Shown in pieces: positions 58,915-64,000 of a DNA stretch of 64,000 nucleotides (within the stretch, counting starts at the first letter, position 1; each line of letters begins with the position of its first letter). Location: positions 16,388 through 80,387 of the forward strand of contig JAHHIM010000020.1 of the NCBI GenBank assembly GCA_019358915.1. Direction: 5' to 3'. The notes below the pieces were generated by a model. That model had not been told where the DNA came from. It saw nothing but the letters and a program-made list of their open reading frames with translations, and did not search any database. The position numbers were made by a program, and so were the translations under genes. This DNA comes from Trichormus sp. ATA11-4-KO1 (lineage in GTDB: Bacteria; Cyanobacteriota; Cyanobacteriia; Cyanobacteriales; Nostocaceae).

Positions 58915-59634
58915 ATGACAGACCCAATGATTTTATCAGGCACTGCTAATGACATCGACTCCCTTCGACAATCGTTAATCGCTGGGTCTCTTCAAGTCCA
59001 ACAACAGATTATCCCACAGTTAGCTAACTTGGGTAATCAGGGATTAGATGTGTTGATGGAATTTTTACAGAAACGAAGTGACAACCCAGCAACTTGGATC
59101 GATGGCAAAGCTTACCAAGTCCTCTATAACTCTGATGCACCTCCAGCCAAAGAATTTCTGCTTTCCTGTTTTCCTGAGGGAATTGTACCTCTAAAATCAG
59201 AGTGCGGGATTAATTACAATCCCTTGCAACAGCTACTTGCTGTCCAGGACTTCCAAGCAGCCGATCGCATGACCATCCAAAAGCTGTGTGAACTAGCAGG
59301 GCCAACTGCTGTCCAAAGAAAATGGTTGTATTTTACTGAGGTAGAAAATGCCCCAGCTATTGACTTGCAAACTATTAACAACCTCTGGTTAGTCCACTCT
59401 GAGGGCAAATTTGGCTTTTCAGTGCAGCGAGAAATCTGGCTGAGTTTAGGCAAAAACTGGGATAATTTCTGGCCGAAAATTGGTTGGAAAGATGGTAATA
59501 ACTGGACGCGATACCCCAACCAGTTTACTTGGGATTTGAGCGCCCCTAGAGGTCACTTACCTTTGTCTAATCAACTGCGGGGAGTACGGGTTTTTGCTTC
59601 GTTGTTGTCTCACCCAGTTTGGTCTACAAAGTAA
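58915..59634 (+). CDS. gun4: GUN4 porphyrin-binding Mg-chelatase activator with N-terminal ARM-like domain
   Basis: RKWLYFTEV, LWLVHSEGKFGFSVQREIW, WTRYP and APRGHLPLSNQLRG. Confidence 0.92.
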   Translation: MTDPMILSGTANDIDSLRQSLIAGSLQVQQQIIPQLANLGNQGLDVLMEFLQKRSDNPATWIDGKAYQVLYNSDAPPAKEFLLSCFPEGIVPLKSECGINYNPLQQLLAVQDFQAADRMTIQKLCELAGPTAVQRKWLYFTEVENAPAIDLQTINNLWLVHSEGKFGFSVQREIWLSLGKNWDNFWPKIGWKDGNNWTRYPNQFTWDLSAPRGHLPLSNQLRGVRVFASLLSHPVWSTK

Positions 59635-59716
59635 GTTAAAAGTGAAAAATCAAAAGTTAACAATTCTGGAATTTTAACTTTACCAATTTGCAAATCTTCA
59701 GACCCCAAATCGAATA

Positions 59717-60823
59717 ATGGCACAAGTTCATTTAGAAGACATTAAGCGTAGATTTAACAACGTCACCGCTATTGAAGACATTACCTTGGAAATTCCCGAT
59801 GGTGAGTTTTGGGTTTTAGTTGGGCCGTCGGGTTGTGGTAAGTCTACAATTTTGCGCACGATCGCCGGCTTGGAATCTGCCACATCCGGTAATTTGTTTA
59901 TTGGCGATCGCTTGATGAATAATGTTCCCGCTAGACAAAGGGATGTAGCAATGGTGTTTCAAAACTACGCCCTTTATCCGCACATGACGGTGGCGCAAAA
60001 CATTGCCTTTGGGTTAAAAATGCGGAAAGTTGACCCCAAGATGATTCAAGAACGGGTGGTGAATGTAGCGCGATCGCTTTCTTTGGAACACCTACTGGAT
60101 CGCAAACCTAAGCAACTTTCTGGAGGACAGCAACAACGGGTAGCGTTAGGACGAGCGATCGCCCGTGAACCGCAAGTATTTTTGCTTGATGAGCCTTTAT
60201 CTAATTTAGATGCCCAGTTGCGCGATGATACAAGAGCAGAATTAAAACAGTTGCATCAGCAATTAGGTATTACAACTATCTACGTTACCCACGATCAAGT
60301 CGAGGCGATGACTTTAGCTGATAAGATTGTGGTGCTAGATCGGGGACGGATTCAGCAAATTGGTGATCCGCAAAGTATTTACGCGCGTCCCGCTAACCAG
60401 ATGGTAGCAACTTTTTTGGGTAATCCCCCAATGAATATTTTGCCGGCAATTTATAAGAATGATGTTTTTGATGTTAGTGGTCAGTCATTAACCGTTCCAT
60501 CTGTGGTGAGGGAACGGGTACAGTTGCGTCAAGGACAAAGTTTTGATTTGGGGATTCGTCCTGAACATATCACAATAGATACTAACTCAGCACTCAGCAC
60601 TCAAAACTCAGCACTTTTAGTAGTTGAGGTGAAGGTGGTGGAACCTTTGGGGAGGGAAACTTTGATTCGTGCAAGTTTACCGGGTTCAATGGCGGTGCTG
60701 AATATTCAAACTGGTGCTGATGTTCGGCCACGTCCAGGCGATCGCTTGTCTCTGCAATTGGATTTAAGTCAGTTGTTTGTGTTTGATCCTAAAACTGGTG
60801 AGCGAATTTCACCGCAAGAGTAG
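59717..60823 (+). CDS. Sugar/polyol ABC transporter ATP-binding protein (MalK/MsmK-like)
   Basis: GPSGCGKS, VFQNYALYPH, LSGGQQQR, LDEPLSNLDA and YVTHDQ; C-terminal GIRPEH TOBE region. Confidence 0.93.
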   Translation: MAQVHLEDIKRRFNNVTAIEDITLEIPDGEFWVLVGPSGCGKSTILRTIAGLESATSGNLFIGDRLMNNVPARQRDVAMVFQNYALYPHMTVAQNIAFGLKMRKVDPKMIQERVVNVARSLSLEHLLDRKPKQLSGGQQQRVALGRAIAREPQVFLLDEPLSNLDAQLRDDTRAELKQLHQQLGITTIYVTHDQVEAMTLADKIVVLDRGRIQQIGDPQSIYARPANQMVATFLGNPPMNILPAIYKNDVFDVSGQSLTVPSVVRERVQLRQGQSFDLGIRPEHITIDTNSALSTQNSALLVVEVKVVEPLGRETLIRASLPGSMAVLNIQTGADVRPRPGDRLSLQLDLSQLFVFDPKTGERISPQE

Positions 60824-60843
60824 CGATCGCTTAGTGGGAAAAT

Positions 60844-61656
60844 TTAACTAGCAGGCACAAGCTTAAATCCTGTAGCTTTCAAAATTTCAGTATCGCCTTT
60901 TTTTACCGTCAGAATTGGCGCAGCATTTCCATCTTCTGTAATAGCTTGTGACCAAATGTAACGATAATCTCCATTCACCCAACCCATTACACATTCACCA
61001 CGCCGACAAGACATTTTCCCGCCTGTTAAATTTATACAATTACCTTTGGCATCGCATCCTTTATAAGTCAAATTTCCCGTATTGTTAACCCCTGTCCAAG
61101 AATCTCTATTACCAATAGAGATTGTCCACTGGCCATTACTGAGAGTTTGTGTGTTGCTGTTGGTGGGTTGATTCGATGTTTTTTCATCCAAGATTTCCAT
61201 GTTACTAATAATCGATTCTTGGCGACTTTTGCCACAGGGTTCAGCACTTTCACAATCATTTAATGATGCGATTTCGTAAGAAGCACGGATTTTCTTATTT
61301 AAATATTTTTCTGATTCAGCACAAATTTCAAACGAAGCACCTACATGATGTTCAATTCCCTGTTCATCTACTATGGTGGCGTAGCAGATAATATCGCCAG
61401 TTACCAATTCTTTAACTGTACCAATTTGTGGTTGTTTGGTTTGGTTACTGCTAGAAGTTTCATTAACTACTGTAGTTGTATCTTGCTCATTTATAGTATT
61501 TTGTGGAGCAGGTGTAGTTTGATTAGGAATTTCTGTTAACTTTTCTTGTGTAGATTCAGTTTTAGTTTGTGCAACAGTATCTGTTTGTGAATCACCACAA
61601 CTTGTAATCCAGATAGAGCAAATCATTAAGGCAATTGTCGGAATTAATTTGTTCAT
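60844..61656 (-). CDS. Hypothetical lipoprotein
   Basis: Signal with ITSC lipobox; T/Q-rich linker; two small Cys-containing domains. Confidence 0.7.
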   Translation of the reverse strand: MNKLIPTIALMICSIWITSCGDSQTDTVAQTKTESTQEKLTEIPNQTTPAPQNTINEQDTTTVVNETSSSNQTKQPQIGTVKELVTGDIICYATIVDEQGIEHHVGASFEICAESEKYLNKKIRASYEIASLNDCESAEPCGKSRQESIISNMEILDEKTSNQPTNSNTQTLSNGQWTISIGNRDSWTGVNNTGNLTYKGCDAKGNCINLTGGKMSCRRGECVMGWVNGDYRYIWSQAITEDGNAAPILTVKKGDTEILKATGFKLVPAS

Positions 61657-61727
61657 TGAAACTTTTCAAACAACCTCTCACATCTTAAACAATCAATTTT
61701 ATAATGTCTATTAACTCTACTGATAAT

Positions 61728-62771
61728 TTAAATCGCCAAGGAAGACTGTAATTTTACTAAATTATCAGGAGTAAAAGCCCCATGTTCCGTAATTATGGCT
61801 GTAATCAAATTAGCTGGGGTAACATCAAAAGCTGGATTATAAAAATCAACACCCGCAGGTGTCAGTATAGTATTGCCAACTTGATATATTTCCACTGGAT
61901 TACGCTCCTCAATGGGGATTTGGGCACCATCAGTTAATTCAAAATCAACAGTAGACAGAGGAGCCGCTACAAAAAAAGGAATATCATGGGCTTTAGCTGC
62001 GATCGCCACACTATAAGTACCAATTTTATTCGCAGTATCACCATTGGCAGCAATGCGATCGGCACCCACAACTACAGCATGAATTAAACCTTGTTTCATG
62101 CAATGGGCTGCCATATTATCAGTAATTACCGTTACAGGAATATTTTCTTGCACACATTCCCAAGCGGTGAGTTTTGCACCTTGCAAACGGGGGCGGGTTT
62201 CATCAGCAAAAACACGCTCTAACCGTCCTTCCCTCCAAGCGGAACGGACAACACCCAAAGCTGTACCGTAACCAGCAGTAGCTAACGCCCCAGCATTGCA
62301 GTGAGTAAGTATTGTCAGCTTTTCTAGGGTACTAGGTAATACTTTCAAACCATGATCACCGATCGCCTGACAGGTTTGCAAATCTTCAGCATTGATAGCT
62401 TGGGCTGTTTGGAACAGGTTTTGTTTGATGTCTTCTACTGTTCCTGGAGTTTCATAAGCTGTTTTCATCATGCGGCTGATTGCCCAAAATAAATTCACAG
62501 CCGTCGGACGAGTGGAACGCAACAACTGGGCGACTTTTTCCAAGCGTTTCCAGAACTCATGGGTATCTGTCGTCTCAATTTCTCTAGCACCAAGATACAT
62601 TCCGTAAGCCGCAGCCACACCAATAGCTGGCGCACCTCGCACAATCATGGTTTTAATTGCCTGTGCCATGTCTTCGCTGCGGTGAATTTCCACAACAGTA
62701 TACTCATTGGGTAACCGGGTTTGGTCAATTAAGGAAACTGAATTATTATGCCAAATAACAGGGTAAACCAT
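61728..62771 (-). CDS. mtnA: S-methyl-5-thioribose-1-phosphate isomerase
   Basis: [40 protein letters not shown] and NPAFDVTP. Start MVYPVIW preferred to 62810. Confidence 0.95.
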   Translation of the reverse strand: MVYPVIWHNNSVSLIDQTRLPNEYTVVEIHRSEDMAQAIKTMIVRGAPAIGVAAAYGMYLGAREIETTDTHEFWKRLEKVAQLLRSTRPTAVNLFWAISRMMKTAYETPGTVEDIKQNLFQTAQAINAEDLQTCQAIGDHGLKVLPSTLEKLTILTHCNAGALATAGYGTALGVVRSAWREGRLERVFADETRPRLQGAKLTAWECVQENIPVTVITDNMAAHCMKQGLIHAVVVGADRIAANGDTANKIGTYSVAIAAKAHDIPFFVAAPLSTVDFELTDGAQIPIEERNPVEIYQVGNTILTPAGVDFYNPAFDVTPANLITAIITEHGAFTPDNLVKLQSSLAI

Positions 62772-62929
62772 AGGGTAATGGGGAGAAAAAAAGAAATACC
62801 AAGTTTTCATCCTAAACTACTTAGCTCACTCCCAAGCCATTTTCATAACGGGACTTACCAATAAAAAACATCCAAAAAGCCAACCCCATAAACCTTGCAC
62901 TTCTTGGTTTCTCAATGTTCTCAGTGTCT

Positions 62930-63154
62930 CTAACGTATTATTTTGAGCAGAACTGGTTTTTTATTCCACGGTAAATCATGAATCATTCTCCAATGATTTT
63001 GATGTATACTGTAAGTAGGTTTTCCACGGTTGGGACAAGTTGAATATTTTACTCCTTTTTCTACCGTTATAATTATCTCTTCCCCTTCAATTTCCTGGAA
63101 ATCTAATACTTCCATGTCCGGGAGATTCAGGATTTGATCTACAGGAACTTTCAT
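62930..63154 (-). pseudogene. ISL3 transposase N-terminal fragment
   Basis: ILNLP..CPNRG..IHDLPW..VLLK matches the ISL3 zinc-ribbon region; stops after 74 aa with no DDE core. Confidence 0.8.
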
Positions 63155-63331
63155 ATCTATTTACTAAAAATTTACTCTTTTATAGTATGAATGCTCATGC
63201 TTGGCTTATTAAATATATTTAATATTTCTTAAATCCCTTCCCCGCCTATCTCCCAGACATCAATACTAATAATTTAATTCTCTTAAAATTCGTCAAAATT
63301 CAATATCCACCATAAAACTACCGAAAGAACC
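62930..63331 (-). mobile_element. Truncated ISL3-family insertion sequence (left end plus transposase N-terminal fragment)
   Basis: Minus strand begins GGTTCTTTCGG at 63331, an ISL3-like end, followed by the transposase fragment at 62930..63154. Confidence 0.75.
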
Positions 63332-63401
63332 AAAAGTATTTAGTTTGCACATTTAAGCTAGATTAAACTCCTATGAAGTGGGCATCTTGCCAGCCCGAAT
63401 G

Positions 63402-63872
63402 TTAAATAATTTCATGCTTTTTACCATTAAATTTCTCAAATATTAAGCGATGAGATGAATAACCGAATTCATCATCACGTTCTTCATATTGTTGAATCCA
63501 ATTCTGGAGAAACTCAAAAGTTTGTGCTTGCTCTTCTGGTGATTTAAATTTGTGCGGCTCCCACGGGCGATCGCGGTTATTTTCAAGACACTTATCAGTC
63601 CCAGGATTGAGGAAATAAACTTCAGTTGAAAATTCTATTGCAATTTTGATTAACGTACTATAACAACCTTCAATTACCCAACCAGGATTATTCTTGATGA
63701 ATTCTTGCAAGTCATTGGCTGCATCTTGGTGAGAACGTCGTATAGCAATTTGGTTTGTTTCCCAAGCAATAGTATCAAGATCGAGAACTGGAACACCTAA
63801 CTCTTCACCCAGTTTCTTAGCCAGTGTGCTTTTTCCAGAACTAGAATTACCAAAGATTAAAATTCTATACAT
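63402..63872 (-). CDS. Small P-loop kinase (adenylate/shikimate kinase-like, FlaR-like)
   Basis: ILIFGNSSSGKSTLA, LDLD and WVIEGCY. Confidence 0.8.
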   Translation of the reverse strand: MYRILIFGNSSSGKSTLAKKLGEELGVPVLDLDTIAWETNQIAIRRSHQDAANDLQEFIKNNPGWVIEGCYSTLIKIAIEFSTEVYFLNPGTDKCLENNRDRPWEPHKFKSPEEQAQTFEFLQNWIQQYEERDDEFGYSSHRLIFEKFNGKKHEII

Positions 63873-64000
63873 TTATAGGAGTTACGCATTGACAAAAAAT
63901 TCCATTCATGTGTATTAAGCAGCACAAGTATTGGTAAGATTTTCTACAATGTAATCACGCACAACCAAAGTGAATAAGTTCCTTTGCAATTCATACCAAT

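Overview
The window comes from a filamentous, probably Nostocales, cyanobacterium, judged from frequent HIP1 octamers (GCGATCGC), heptamer and REP-like repeats, gun4 and a Uma2 gene. Positions 1-42.5 kb hold the 3' part of a co-oriented hybrid PKS-NRPS cluster. It begins with the end of a PKS and an FkbK/J/I/H-type (hydroxymalonyl-ACP) cassette. The modules then read D-Ala, Dab, a reduced malonyl ketide, Gly, beta-OH-Asp, Dab, beta-OH-Asp, with reductive (R-domain) release. Accessory genes are a Dab aminotransferase, stand-alone and fused TauD/SyrP hydroxylases, a JmjC oxygenase, an aldo-keto reductase and MbtH. The likely product is a beta-hydroxyaspartate metallophore that I do not recognise as a characterised compound. 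The most unusual feature occurs twice: a free-standing C domain lacking the catalytic His, paired with a Dab module that carries only half a C domain. One epimerase domain has also been cleanly deleted. Positions 43-47.8 kb hold a DUF4331-TPR-Ni/Co transporter-PEP-CTERM operon whose predicted mature N-termini form metal-binding motifs, with a convergent STAND-type regulator. Positions 50-64 kb are ordinary chromosomal genes (two CPA1 antiporters, AI-2E, CAP, Uma2, icd, gun4, sugar ABC ATPase, mtnA), a truncated ISL3 and nested MITE/REP-like repeats. All assignments come from motif reading by eye; no searches were run.
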